DNA of 64,000 nt from a bacterium (lineage in GTDB: Bacteria; SAR324; XYD2-FULL-50-16). Location of the stretch: assembly GCA_032250835.1 (NCBI GenBank), contig JAVVEA010000007.1:64001-128000 (forward strand), given 5' to 3'. The position numbers and the translations under genes were made by a program. Positions 38,759 through 49,120 of this stretch are shown here, in pieces; within the stretch, counting starts at the first letter, position 1, and every line of letters starts with the position of its first letter. The notes below the pieces were generated by a model. The model saw nothing but the letters and a program-made list of their open reading frames with translations, made no database searches and had not been told where the DNA came from.

Positions 38759-39807
38759 GCCGACTTTTCCTCTACAACTATGACTTCGAATTTGAATTAG
38801 CCGGGCTGCCGCATGAGCCGGTCCAAGGCCGTAAGCCTTGGTACTTTTTAAACCGCCAAGCCCTGCTACTCTGGCCCTTGTTATCTGAAGGCGATGCCCT
38901 AGCGGTTTATCAGATCCCACCAGATGAAGTGACTGGCCCTTTGAAAGAGCGCCTGGGCTTTTTGCCTCAATGGGTCTTGGTGCAAGGCAAAGAAACCAAC
39001 CGGATCGGCCTGGACCTCTTGGGCCAACAGGCGCAATTGGCCGAATTTGAGTTGATCCCCTGGGGTTGGAGCCCTAGCTTAGAGCAACTAGCCGGTGCCC
39101 CGCCCAGCTTAATGGCGGCGCGCGGCAACAGCAAATTATTCGGCCACCAGCTCCGCCCGCCCGAATTTGCCCCCCAGGCGGCGATCATCGACGAGGTGGA
39201 CCTGCTAGAAGACATGCTCAACCAAGCCCGTGCCGACTGGGGCCCCCTGCTGGTCAAGCATCCCTGGGGCAGCAGTGGACGCCTGAGCGAACGCCTCGAA
39301 GGCCCTGCTAGTGCCAAGCAGTTGGAGCGATGGGCGCTGTGGATCAACGAATGCGGCGGCTTGCTGGTGGAAAAGCGGATGGAGCTGAGCGCCGAATGGA
39401 GCCTGCAATATGACTTGGCCCCAACCGGCCCCCGGTTGATCGGCGTTACCCGGCTCTATACGGACAGTAACGGGGCCCACCGGGCCAACGCCTTGGGCCA
39501 ACAGCCCAGTGAAGCCATCAAGCCGATGTTGAGCGGGGCCGAAGCGATGGTGCGGATCTTCTGGTCTGAGGGTTTTAGGGGACCCTTGGGGCTTGATGTA
39601 TTGGAATCGGCGGGGCGCTTTTTTCTAGGCGAAGTCAACCTGCGCCTAACCATGGGCCGGTTGGCTTTAGAATGGGGCCGGGCGCTAGGTATTGCGGGTC
39701 GATTGGAAGTGGGCAGTCAAGAAGGAAGCTCTGGAGCGCAGTTGATCAATCGGGTATCCACCCCAGATGGGTCGAAGATTTGGTGGACCTATTTTTACCC
39801 CAATTAA
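38755..39807 (+). CDS. ATP-grasp-like hypothetical protein
   Basis: TTG start overlapping GT9 stop; PWGWS, VKHPWGSSGR, GPLGLD and EVNLRLTMG motifs. Confidence 0.65.
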   Translation: MSRLFLYNYDFEFELAGLPHEPVQGRKPWYFLNRQALLLWPLLSEGDALAVYQIPPDEVTGPLKERLGFLPQWVLVQGKETNRIGLDLLGQQAQLAEFELIPWGWSPSLEQLAGAPPSLMAARGNSKLFGHQLRPPEFAPQAAIIDEVDLLEDMLNQARADWGPLLVKHPWGSSGRLSERLEGPASAKQLERWALWINECGGLLVEKRMELSAEWSLQYDLAPTGPRLIGVTRLYTDSNGAHRANALGQQPSEAIKPMLSGAEAMVRIFWSEGFRGPLGLDVLESAGRFFLGEVNLRLTMGRLALEWGRALGIAGRLEVGSQEGSSGAQLINRVSTPDGSKIWWTYFYPN

Positions 39808-40077
39808 GCGGCCTATCCGCCGTGGTATGGGGTTCAGAGGGACGCCCTTGACACTTAGCGGCATCTAGCTGTTTTCTTACTCTTTTCCCATCAAACGAGA
39901 GGCCATGGGGGGAGAGAAAGTAATGCCATTTTTGACCGAAAAAAATCTGTACGAACCGACTAAGGTGATCCATAATCCTAGTCCACCCACCGCCCTTGGG
40001 TGTGCCAAGTCCTTGATTTGAATAGGATTTTTGGAATGAAAACAGTCTTCTAAAACTTAAAGGCCTGAAACCACAAG

Positions 40078-42960
40078 ATGAACCAGCAGCACAAAGACCA
40101 AGACCTCAAAAGCCTCCGTTTCGAGCCCCACTTCTTCAAAGCCAGCGAAGAGATCAAAAACGTCTGGGCTACGGTAGAATGGGAAAAGCGCGAATCGCGT
40201 ATCACTAGCGCTAAAGGCGGGACCATCTTTGAGATGCTCGACGTCGAAATCCCCAAGTCTTGGAGTCAGCTGGCCACCGACATCGTCTGTAGTAAATACT
40301 TCCGCAAAGCCGGAGTCCCCAATGACCGGGGCCACGAATACAGCGTAACCCAGCTAATCCACCGGGTGGCGCACACCATCGTCGACCGTGGTCGCCAAGA
40401 AGGCTATTTCGCCTCCGATGCCGACGCCGAGGCCTTTGAGAACGACCTCAAGTGGTTGCTGTTGCACCAGTATGGGGCCTTCAACAGCCCCGTTTGGTTC
40501 AACGTGGGTCTGTTCCATGAATACAAAATCAAGGGCAACGGCGAAAACTACGCCAGCGTGGGTGAAGGGCACTACCACAAGATCGACAACCAGTATGAGC
40601 GCCCCCAGGGCAGCGCCTGCTTCATCCAGAGCGTCGAAGACGACCTAGCCTCGATCTTCGAACTAGCCAGCAACGAAGCCCGCCTCTTTAAATACGGCAG
40701 CGGCACCGGTAGCAACATGAGCCGTCTGCGCGGCTGCAACGAAAAGCTTTCGGGCGGTGGGCAGTCTTCGGGCCTCTTAAGCTTTCTTAAGGTCTTAGAC
40801 AGTGCCGCGGGCGCCATCAAGTCCGGCGGCACCACCCGCCGAGCGGCGGTGATGCGCTGCTTGGACGTAGACCACCCCGAGGTCTTGAACTTCATCGACT
40901 GGAAGGTCAAAGAAGAGCAAAAGGCTCAGGTCTTGATCAACGCAGGTTATGAGTCAGACTTCAACGGCGAGGCCTACGGCACCGTTGCCGGTCAAAACAG
41001 CAACAACTCGATCCGCCTCAGCGATGAGTTCATGAGAGCCGTCGAGACCGACGCCGAGTGGAAGCTGATCAACCGCACCGACGGCAGTGTTTACGAGACC
41101 CACAAAGCCCGCTACGTCTTCCAGAAAATCTGCGAAGCCGCTTGGCGCTGCGCCGATCCGGGCTTGCAGTACGACACCACCGTAAACCACTGGCACACCT
41201 GCCCCAATACGGCTCCGATCCGCGCATCGAACCCCTGTAGCGAGTTCATGTTCATCGACGATTCGGCCTGTAACCTCTCGAGCTTAAACCTCGTTAAATT
41301 CTACCAAGACGGTGATTTTGACGTAGAAGGCTACGTTAAGGCCTGCCGTATCTTCTTGGTGGCCCAAGAGATCTTGGTGGACCTCTCTAGCTACCCGACC
41401 AAACGGATCGCCAAGAACAGCCACGATTTTCGCCCCTTAGGCCTCGGTTACGCCAACTTAGGCACCCTGTTGATGATGGCGGGTTGCCCCTATGACTCCG
41501 ACGAGGGCCGCGCTATGGCCGGGTTGATCACCTCGATCATGACCGGAGCGGCCTACGAGATGAGCGCTGAAATGGCCAGTTCCATTGGCCCCTTCAATGG
41601 CTTTGCCGAGAACCGCGACCCTATGTTAAACGTGATGCGCCAGCACCGCGAGGCGGTGGACCACGACCAGTACGTCGTCGAAAACCATCAGCTAATGATC
41701 AAACTCCACCAAGCCGCCGTGGGCGTTTGGGATCAAGTCATCACCAAAGGCCAGGAATTTGGCTTCCGCAACTCTCAGGTTAGTGTTTTGGCCCCTACGG
41801 GCACCATCGGCCTCTTGATGGATTGCGCCACCACGGGCGTAGAGCCCGCCTATAGTCTGGTGATGTGGAAAAAGCTAGCTGGCGGCGGGGTGATCCCCAT
41901 GGTCAACCAGAGTGTCCCTAGCGTCTTAGGTCGGATGGGCTATAGTGACGAACAGATTGCCGAGATCAAAGAATATGTAGAGAAGAACAGCAGCATTGAG
42001 GGCGCTCCGCACCTCAAGACCGAGCACCTGCCCATCTTCGATTGCGCCGTTTCCAGCGGTAAAGGCAAACGCACCATCTCGGCCTATGGCCACGTCAAAA
42101 TGATGGCGGCGGTCCAGCCCTTCTTGTCTGGTGCTATCAGCAAAACCATCAACATGCCCAACTCGGCTACGGTGGACCAGATCAAAGATGTCTACCTAGA
42201 GTCCTGGAAACTGGGCTTAAAGGCCGTGGCGATCTACCGCGACGGCTCTAAAGGCAGCCAACCGCTCAACACCAGCCCCGACAAAGAAGACCAGCAGAGC
42301 CAAGAGACCATCGACTACCTCAAGAAGGAGCTAAAATCCCTTGAGTCGCGGCTCGAAGAGAAGCGCGCCGTCAAAACCCTCGACTGGGGCAACAGCCGCA
42401 AGCTGCCCGATTACCGCACGGGCCGCACCTGGGAATTCAAAGTGGCGGGAACCAAAATCTTCCTGCGCAGCGGCGAAAACGCCGATGGCAGCCTAGGCGA
42501 AATCTTCGTCGATTTGGGTTATAAAGAAGGCAGCACCGTTCGTTCCTTGATGAACCAGTTTGCTATCAGTATTTCCTTTAGCTTGCAGCACGGCGTCCCC
42601 TTAGAAAAGCTGGTGGACCGCTTTGCCTTCACCAAGTTTGAGCCCCATGGCCGGGTTGAAGGGCACCCTTACTTAAAAAACGCCACCAGCTTGATCGACG
42701 CTATCTTTAGGGTCTTAGGCTATCAGTACTTGGGCCGCACCGACTTCTTACAAATCAAGCCGGGCGAAAACCTAGAAGAAAGCCAAAACTTGGTGGTTTC
42801 TAGCCAGCCCGTCAAAGTGAAGGCGCAGATTCAAGAAGAGAAAGCCGAGCGCACCCAGGACCACTTGATGCCCTGCTCAGAATGCGGCGGCATCGACTTC
42901 CTACGTACCGGCACCTGTTACGTCTGCATTACCTGCGGTTCTTCTCAGGGCTGTAGTTAA
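40078..42960 (+). CDS. nrdJ: Vitamin B12-dependent (class II) ribonucleotide reductase
   Basis: NSPVWFN, SACFI, SNPCSE, APTGTI motifs; TSCPD-like domain and terminal CxxC...CITCGSSQGCS. Confidence 0.95.
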   Translation: MNQQHKDQDLKSLRFEPHFFKASEEIKNVWATVEWEKRESRITSAKGGTIFEMLDVEIPKSWSQLATDIVCSKYFRKAGVPNDRGHEYSVTQLIHRVAHTIVDRGRQEGYFASDADAEAFENDLKWLLLHQYGAFNSPVWFNVGLFHEYKIKGNGENYASVGEGHYHKIDNQYERPQGSACFIQSVEDDLASIFELASNEARLFKYGSGTGSNMSRLRGCNEKLSGGGQSSGLLSFLKVLDSAAGAIKSGGTTRRAAVMRCLDVDHPEVLNFIDWKVKEEQKAQVLINAGYESDFNGEAYGTVAGQNSNNSIRLSDEFMRAVETDAEWKLINRTDGSVYETHKARYVFQKICEAAWRCADPGLQYDTTVNHWHTCPNTAPIRASNPCSEFMFIDDSACNLSSLNLVKFYQDGDFDVEGYVKACRIFLVAQEILVDLSSYPTKRIAKNSHDFRPLGLGYANLGTLLMMAGCPYDSDEGRAMAGLITSIMTGAAYEMSAEMASSIGPFNGFAENRDPMLNVMRQHREAVDHDQYVVENHQLMIKLHQAAVGVWDQVITKGQEFGFRNSQVSVLAPTGTIGLLMDCATTGVEPAYSLVMWKKLAGGGVIPMVNQSVPSVLGRMGYSDEQIAEIKEYVEKNSSIEGAPHLKTEHLPIFDCAVSSGKGKRTISAYGHVKMMAAVQPFLSGAISKTINMPNSATVDQIKDVYLESWKLGLKAVAIYRDGSKGSQPLNTSPDKEDQQSQETIDYLKKELKSLESRLEEKRAVKTLDWGNSRKLPDYRTGRTWEFKVAGTKIFLRSGENADGSLGEIFVDLGYKEGSTVRSLMNQFAISISFSLQHGVPLEKLVDRFAFTKFEPHGRVEGHPYLKNATSLIDAIFRVLGYQYLGRTDFLQIKPGENLEESQNLVVSSQPVKVKAQIQEEKAERTQDHLMPCSECGGIDFLRTGTCYVCITCGSSQGCS

Positions 42961-42979
42961 TCGCGGAACCTTTCTCACC

Positions 42980-43009
42980 AAAAAAGGCGGGCTTCGGTCC
43001 GCCTTTTTT
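42980..43009 (+). terminator. Intrinsic terminator after nrdJ
   Basis: GGCGGGC-TTCG-GTCCGCC followed by T6. Confidence 0.9.
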
Positions 43010-43033
43010 GTTTCTACCTTTGGAGATTAGACC

Positions 43034-43444
43034 ATGGAAACAAGCGCCTCCTTTCAGTTAGCTAGTTGGAACGAGCTGGCCTACCTCGAAGGCTTAGAAC
43101 CCCAAATGACCCAGGCCGATGTGGGTTTTGTCTTTGACGGCGGCTTTAAAGGCGTGGGCCAAATCCGCTATTTGATGTGTTACCAGCACTTTGACGGGCA
43201 AAACCCCATCAACAGTGAAGCCCGCTATTCCGGTTTGGTCCGCTTCGAGGGGGAATTAGATGGCCAGCAGGGGAGCTTTGTGGCCGAAGACCGGGGCGTC
43301 TTTGGGGCGGGAACTGCCCGCTCAACCTTGACCATCATGCCCCAATCAGGGCGCGGCGAGTTGGCGGGAATCTCAGGCAGCGGCAGCTATGAAGCGGGCC
43401 ACGGCGGTGGCCAGCTCCAGCTTTCTTACCAAATATCGGACTAA
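43034..43444 (+). CDS. DUF3224 family protein
   Basis: ASWNE, RFEGELDGQQGSFV and SGRGELAGISG motifs. Confidence 0.85.
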   Translation: METSASFQLASWNELAYLEGLEPQMTQADVGFVFDGGFKGVGQIRYLMCYQHFDGQNPINSEARYSGLVRFEGELDGQQGSFVAEDRGVFGAGTARSTLTIMPQSGRGELAGISGSGSYEAGHGGGQLQLSYQISD

Positions 43445-44355
43445 AACAAGTACCAGCCGACCACCAGAACGGCGAAGCTGGCCAGTTTGATCCGGTCAAC
43501 GCGGCGCATGCGGCGCAGATGCCAAGACAAAATGGCTAGGCCCATCATCAAAGAATCCGAAAAGGCCAAGCCCAAGGCGAGCATCAAGAAAAACCCAGCG
43601 TCCCAAAGGGCCCGTTGGTACCAGCGGGGGTTTAATTCTAACTGATGGGCCCAACGGCTCCAGGTTAGTTGAATGGTAGGTGCCAACGCCGCCACCTCTT
43701 CGGCACTCAGGGCCCTTTGCCAGAGCCTGGGCGCTCCGATCAAGCCTTCAAAGGCCGTTTCCGGCTGGAATCCCCGGCCCAAAATGAGCCGCTCGGCGGC
43801 CGGTGCTGCTTTAGTCCGCGTACCATCCGGCAAGACTTCCTCCAAATCCAGATAAACCCGAAAGCCCTCACCCTGACGGATCAACACCACCCAAACAGGC
43901 CGCCCCAAGCGGTGGTAGCCCGGCGGACGCCAAAAAACCTCACGATAACTGGAAAAATGCAGCCTGCCGGTGGCGCTATCGAGCCAAAGAGACACTAAAG
44001 TTTCTCCCTCCGCTTGGCCCATCCAAAATAGGTTGATCAAGTCATGGTTCGCCGGGCGTTCCAAGCTGGTCGGTGCGTACCAAAAGCTCAAGGTAAAGTC
44101 TCCGGCCGGTGCCGGTAACTCCAACCCGCCGTCTAGTTGGCCCGATAGGGCCCAAGCTTGGTCCAGATTTTTTGCGGGCTCCGCTGGGCTCTGCACCAAG
44201 ACTTCCCCGCCTGCTTGAGGCAGCGGTGTCCGCTGGGCTGCGGCCTCGCCTAGCTTTTGTCCCGCCAGATACCGCCCGCCCCATTCAGGCCCCCAGAGGG
44301 CGACGGCCAAAGCCAACAGCGCCAAGACCCCAAAAATCGCCGCAGGGGCTTTCAT
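43441..44355 (-). CDS. Membrane protein with LamG/concanavalin A-like domain
   Basis: DFTLSFW...FEGLIGAPRLWQRALSAEEV; terminal TM segments. Confidence 0.7.
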   Translation of the reverse strand: MKAPAAIFGVLALLALAVALWGPEWGGRYLAGQKLGEAAAQRTPLPQAGGEVLVQSPAEPAKNLDQAWALSGQLDGGLELPAPAGDFTLSFWYAPTSLERPANHDLINLFWMGQAEGETLVSLWLDSATGRLHFSSYREVFWRPPGYHRLGRPVWVVLIRQGEGFRVYLDLEEVLPDGTRTKAAPAAERLILGRGFQPETAFEGLIGAPRLWQRALSAEEVAALAPTIQLTWSRWAHQLELNPRWYQRALWDAGFFLMLALGLAFSDSLMMGLAILSWHLRRMRRVDRIKLASFAVLVVGWYLF

Positions 44356-46505
44356 GCCCGCCTCTTTGCCCAAGCCAACCATCCCAGCCCCAAGAACGAG
44401 CCCAGTAAGCCCAACCGCCGCAACCAAACGCCCCAGAGGTGTGTTGCGGGTTCAAAGGCAAAGCGTATTTGGTGGTGGCCGGACTCGAGAGCCAGCCCCT
44501 TAAAGGCGAAGTCAGCGCGCAAAATCTCTTGGCGCTGCCCGTTGACCCAGGCCTTCCAGCCAGGATGCCAGCTATCGACCCAAACCAACCAATTGCGGCA
44601 GTTCGGCGGCACCTCGGCATTTAGCGACAGGCCATTGGGGTCAAAGTGGTTGACCTCTAACTGGCCCACCAGGGCACAGCCCTCCGTAGCGCCGCCTTCA
44701 AGCCAAACCTGTTGGTGCAAATCGCTCCGCGCCATCTCTTGGAGTTGGGCCAAGGGGACGGCGTCCGATCCTCCAAGCGGTAAATTTTGCGCTTGGGCGA
44801 CCAAGAAAACCGGCGCTCCGTTCGCTAAATCCACCAGCGCCGGTTCGTCTTGATTTTGGGGGTGGATAAATTCGCTCAGGAAGCGGTTTTCAGGCTTACC
44901 GGCCCAGATGGTCTGCGAATGGCTCCAGAGCAAAAAACGCTCGGTGCGGGCCATCGCCGGGGTTACATAGCCCCGCACCACCGCTCGGTTGTGTAGATTG
45001 TGCTGCACGCCACTGACCGCTCGGGGCGTCTGGAAGTAGCGGTCCTTCCGGTCGGCCTCTTGGGCCCAAATCTGGGCGGCACCCCGCTGGTAATCTTCAT
45101 AATGGGCCAAAGGGGCGGCGGTCTGGTGGTTCATCAGCCTAAAGACAAAAGCCAACTCTAACACCGTAATCACCACCACCCAGGGCCGCAAGCGAGACAG
45201 ACGGCCTTCGAGCCACATCCAGCAGGCCACCGAAAGAATCAAAACCACAAAATAACCGTGCAGTTCCGGGCGCTTGATCAACTCGGGCTTGGTCATCATC
45301 GCTAAGGCAGTGGCCAGCGCCAAAAATCCAAAGAGTACCTTAAAAAGGTGGCGGTCCTTTTCCTCATCTGGGCGCTTCGACAAGAAGTCTAGCCCTTTGG
45401 CTGCAAAAAGCGCCAAGGGTAACCCCAGATAGAGCGCTGTGCGGTGGTGCCAATGCTGGCCCGCATAGCCGGGCAACAGGAGGTAAAAAAGATCGGCAAA
45501 GAGAAAGTAAGAACCGGACCCAAAAAGGATTAAACCACCCAAAAACAGCACCCAACGCCCAGCCTTTTCGGGCCGCGCCGCCGGGAAGAAGATCGGCACC
45601 AGCACCATCAAGTAAAGACCAAAACCAAACCAAGCGGACTGGAAGATTTGATAATCCATGGGGCTAAAAAACCGATCGACTACCGTCGAGCGGTTCAGCC
45701 CGCTCATAGCGTAGGCATAAATCTTTTTGACCCGCTCCGAATAGAGCAACACATGCTGCAATAGCGGCAACAACGCCGGAGCGGCCAAGAGCACCGCTAA
45801 GGCCTGAGCCCCGACGAAGTCCCCCCAAAAGCGCAGGTCCAAGCAACGCGGCCATTGGTAAATCAGCGCCAGCCCAACCAACAGGACCGAAACATAATAA
45901 CAAACCGGCAGGAAGTTGGTGCTGTATAAGACCCCCAAAACCAACCCCAGGTAAAATGCAGCGCGGCGTTGCCCTTTCAGCATCCGCAACAAAAACAGCA
46001 CCGCCAGCGGGAACCAAGCGAGCCCGTAAAGCCACTCAAAGCCATCGGTGGCATTCTGGGCGGCGCTCGAAAGGGCCCAGCCCATAGCCCCAAAGAAGCT
46101 GGCTAACGGGCTTAAGCGCTGGTCGCTTAAAAACAAGTAGGCGCTGCCCGCCCCGAGGCTAAAATGCAGCACCACATAGAAGCTAAAAAGCCGCAGGAAG
46201 GCGACGGGGTCTAGGTCGAAAAACCAGCTTAAGATCCAGGCAGGCGGGTAATAGGCTGTGTTACTAATCTGCGCCACCGCCGGGTAGCCCAAACTGACGT
46301 AGGGGTTCCAAAGCGGCTCGATGCCGATGGATAGGTATTTATTGAAGTAGTAGGCCCACCAGTAAGAATAAGAAAGGGTGTCATTGCGGAAGAGCCAAAG
46401 CTCTTCTTTGGGCCCAAAGAAAAAGGGCCAATGGAAGGCCAAGGGGGTCAAGCAAGCAAGCCCCAAAAGCGCAAACCACAAGCCTTTTGATGGAGTGGGG
46501 ATCAT
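44352..46505 (-). CDS. YfhO-family (GT-C-like) membrane protein
   Basis: PLWNPYVSLGYP near N-terminus, many TMs, C-terminal WHPGWKAWVNG...GHHQIRF. Confidence 0.85.
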   Translation of the reverse strand: MIPTPSKGLWFALLGLACLTPLAFHWPFFFGPKEELWLFRNDTLSYSYWWAYYFNKYLSIGIEPLWNPYVSLGYPAVAQISNTAYYPPAWILSWFFDLDPVAFLRLFSFYVVLHFSLGAGSAYLFLSDQRLSPLASFFGAMGWALSSAAQNATDGFEWLYGLAWFPLAVLFLLRMLKGQRRAAFYLGLVLGVLYSTNFLPVCYYVSVLLVGLALIYQWPRCLDLRFWGDFVGAQALAVLLAAPALLPLLQHVLLYSERVKKIYAYAMSGLNRSTVVDRFFSPMDYQIFQSAWFGFGLYLMVLVPIFFPAARPEKAGRWVLFLGGLILFGSGSYFLFADLFYLLLPGYAGQHWHHRTALYLGLPLALFAAKGLDFLSKRPDEEKDRHLFKVLFGFLALATALAMMTKPELIKRPELHGYFVVLILSVACWMWLEGRLSRLRPWVVVITVLELAFVFRLMNHQTAAPLAHYEDYQRGAAQIWAQEADRKDRYFQTPRAVSGVQHNLHNRAVVRGYVTPAMARTERFLLWSHSQTIWAGKPENRFLSEFIHPQNQDEPALVDLANGAPVFLVAQAQNLPLGGSDAVPLAQLQEMARSDLHQQVWLEGGATEGCALVGQLEVNHFDPNGLSLNAEVPPNCRNWLVWVDSWHPGWKAWVNGQRQEILRADFAFKGLALESGHHQIRFAFEPATHLWGVWLRRLGLLGSFLGLGWLAWAKRRA

Positions 46506-46710
46506 AAGTAGCGTCGCGTAACAGGCCGGTTGGCTTGGGTTTCCCTTAAAGTCTTTAGAGGCTTAGTTCAATCACTAACATGCTTCCTGATGCCGTAGGA
46601 CTCCGTCAAGAAAGAGCGCCCTAAGGCGGTGTTCCTTAACCACTTTACGCTTACCGTTTACTTCGGTAAGCTCACCAGACTGCGACCCGCTGTTCACACT
46701 AAGGAGGCTC

Positions 46711-47559
46711 ATGTCCTGGTTCAAACGAATCGCGCCCAAACTACTGCCGACCGACAACAAAAAGAATATCCCCGCCGGGGTTTGGATCAAGTGTCCCGAA
46801 TGCGGCGAGACCCTATACTCCAAAGAGTTGGAGAAAAACGACAAGGTCTGCCTCAACTGCGAATACCACTTCCGCCTCACTGCCGAAGAACGCATTAGCT
46901 TGATGTTAGACGAGGGGAGCTTTGAAGAACTCTTTATGGGCATCCTGCCCAAAGACCCCTTAAAGTTCTCGGACAGCAAAAAATATAAAGACCGGATCAA
47001 GGCGGCCAACAGCAAGACCAAGCTCGAAGAAGCGGTTACCTGTGGTCAGGGCCGGATGGAAGGCCAACCGGTGATGCTGGGCGTCTTTAACTTCCGCTAT
47101 ATGGGCGGGTCCATGGGTTCTGTGGTGGGCGAGAAGCTGACCCGGTTGATTGAAGAGGGGCTCAAACGCCGCACCCCAGTGATCATCATTTCCGCTTCCG
47201 GCGGTGCGCGGATGCAGGAAGGCGCCCTGTCGCTGATGCAGATGGGCAAGACCTCGGCGGCGCTGATGAAGCTACAAAAAGCGGGCGTCCCCTACATCTC
47301 TGTGATGACCGACCCCACCACCGGCGGCGTCTCGGCTAGTTTCGCCATGTTAGGCGACGTGAACATCGCCGAGAAAGGTGCCTTGATTGGCTTTGCCGGT
47401 CCCAGGGTAATCCAACAAACCATGGGAAAGCCCCTGCCCCAAGGGTTCCAACGGGCCGAGTTTTTGTTGGAGCACGGCGCGGTGGACATGGTCTTGGACC
47501 GACGCGAAATGAAAACCCGCATTGCCGGGTTGCTTTCGATCCTTTTGCCTCAAAATTAA
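46711..47559 (+). CDS. accD: Acetyl-CoA carboxylase carboxyltransferase beta subunit
   Basis: WIKCPEC zinc finger, [25 protein letters not shown]. Confidence 0.97.
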   Translation: MSWFKRIAPKLLPTDNKKNIPAGVWIKCPECGETLYSKELEKNDKVCLNCEYHFRLTAEERISLMLDEGSFEELFMGILPKDPLKFSDSKKYKDRIKAANSKTKLEEAVTCGQGRMEGQPVMLGVFNFRYMGGSMGSVVGEKLTRLIEEGLKRRTPVIIISASGGARMQEGALSLMQMGKTSAALMKLQKAGVPYISVMTDPTTGGVSASFAMLGDVNIAEKGALIGFAGPRVIQQTMGKPLPQGFQRAEFLLEHGAVDMVLDRREMKTRIAGLLSILLPQN

Positions 47560-47602
47560 ATCCTGGGGGCGACGGCCCCTATTTTCCTCTGGGTTGTCGA
47601 AC

Positions 47603-48691
47603 ATGTCTAAAGTCGCGCTGATCACCGGGGTCACCGGTCAGGACGGGGCCTATTTGGCCGAATTGTTGCTAGAAAAGGGCTATGAGGTCCACGGCCTCAA
47701 GCGCCGCGCCTCCTCCTTCAACACCGACCGGATCGACCATCTCTACCAGGACCCCCACGCCAACCAGCGCAAGTTCATCTTACATTACGGCGACCTAACC
47801 GACTCGACCAACCTGATCCGCTTGGTCCAAGAAATCCAGCCGGACGAGATTTACAACTTAGCCGCCCAGAGCCACGTGGCGGTCTCCTTTGAGACGCCCG
47901 AATACACCGCCAACGCCGATGCCATCGGCACCTTGCGCTTGTTAGAGGCGATCCGGGTTTTAGGCTTAGAGAAAAAGACCCGCTTTTATCAGGCCAGCAC
48001 CTCGGAGCTTTACGGCGAAGTGGCCGAAACGCCGCAGCGCGAAACCACGCCCTTCCACCCCCGTTCTCCTTATGGCGTAGCCAAGCTCTATGGTTACTGG
48101 ATCACCGTCAACTACCGCGAAGCCTACGGCCTGTTCGCCTGCAACGGGATTTTGTTTAACCATGAATCCCCCCGGCGCGGTGAAACCTTTGTGACCCGCA
48201 AGATCACCCGCGCTTTGGCGCGCATCCACTTAGGGCTAGAAGACTGCCTCTATCTGGGCAACATGGACGCCAAGCGCGACTGGGGCCATGCTAAGGACTA
48301 CGTAGAGGCCATGTGGCGGATGTTGCAACAAGACCAACCCGACGACTTTGTGGTCGCCACGGGGGTGCAGTATTCGGTGCGGCAGTTTGTTGAAGCCGCC
48401 GCCAAGAAGTTGGGTTGGGTGATCCGCTGGGAAGGGAGCGGTGAACAGGAACGGGCGATCCGCCAAGAAAATGACCAAGTGGTGGTCCAAGTAGACCCCC
48501 GCTATTACCGCCCCGCCGAGGTGGAAACCCTTTTGGGCGATCCGGCCAAAGCCAAGGCCATATTGGGCTGGGAGCCGAAGATCGGCTTTGACCAATTGGT
48601 CACCGAGATGGTGACCGAGGATTTGAGGATTGCCCAAAAAGAGCAGCACATCACCCAAGGCGGCTTCGACGCTTACAGCCCGCACGAATAG
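47603..48691 (+). CDS. gmd: GDP-mannose 4,6-dehydratase
   Basis: [28 protein letters not shown] and FNHESPRRG motifs. Confidence 0.97.
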   Translation: MSKVALITGVTGQDGAYLAELLLEKGYEVHGLKRRASSFNTDRIDHLYQDPHANQRKFILHYGDLTDSTNLIRLVQEIQPDEIYNLAAQSHVAVSFETPEYTANADAIGTLRLLEAIRVLGLEKKTRFYQASTSELYGEVAETPQRETTPFHPRSPYGVAKLYGYWITVNYREAYGLFACNGILFNHESPRRGETFVTRKITRALARIHLGLEDCLYLGNMDAKRDWGHAKDYVEAMWRMLQQDQPDDFVVATGVQYSVRQFVEAAAKKLGWVIRWEGSGEQERAIRQENDQVVVQVDPRYYRPAEVETLLGDPAKAKAILGWEPKIGFDQLVTEMVTEDLRIAQKEQHITQGGFDAYSPHE

Positions 48692-48897
48692 GGGCGGGTT
48701 CGCCTTCGCGGAGACAACAGCCCCTCTTTCCAGGCTCAATGGAAGCCCAGAGTTATTGGAAGAATTGAAAAGAAGGGACTTCTTTCTTTGGCTCGCAAAG
48801 AAACGAGCCCTCGCCTTCGCGCCTAAGACCGCCAACGCCTCACTCGCAAGAGTGAACCCAAAAGCCCTACACCGCAAGCGTCGGGTTTCCGCTGCAC

Positions 48898-48989
48898 AAT
48901 AGGTATACTGTCCCCTGATTCCATAAAAATAGGTATACTGTCCCCTGATCCCCCGATTCTGATTCTTCTGATTTTGTCCTCTGAATTTT
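48898..48989. repeat. Left array of REP-like palindromes
   Basis: AATAGGTATACTGTCCCCTGAT at 48898-48919 and 48928-48949, then partial copies ending CTGATTTTGTCCTCTGA. Confidence 0.8.
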
Positions 48990-49110
48990 TAATCGCCTCC
49001 AAGGCCACTTTGGCCTTGAATTCTTTGCTGAAATTCTGCCGTTTCATGACACTCCGTTTTTTGGTTCGGCTCTATCTTAACAAGTTGTCCAGTTTCTGGG
49101 GTCCACTATA
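48988..49110 (-). mobile_element. IS3-family remnant: terminal IR plus first 20 codons of OrfA
   Basis: Minus strand TATAGTGGACCCCAGAAACTGGACA (49110-49086) followed by MKRQNFSKEFKAKVALEAIK. Confidence 0.8.
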
Positions 49111-49120
49111 GTCCACTATA

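Noticed and set aside
39808-40077. Cobalamin riboswitch or NrdR boxes upstream of nrdJ
   Set aside because: No B12-box elements (GCCACTG, GGGAAGG, AGCCAG) and no convincing paired NrdR palindromes
40078-42960. Intein in NrdJ
   Set aside because: Length fits NrdJ plus a TSCPD-like tail; no intein termini or homing endonuclease motifs seen
48898-48949. 22-bp direct repeat as a mini CRISPR array
   Set aside because: Only two copies, an 8-bp spacer and no cas genes; better explained as REP-like repeats
48823-49047. 74-aa ORF as an intact gene
   Set aside because: Only the first 20 aa are IS3 OrfA-like; the rest is read-through of the repeat array (GDSIPI twice)
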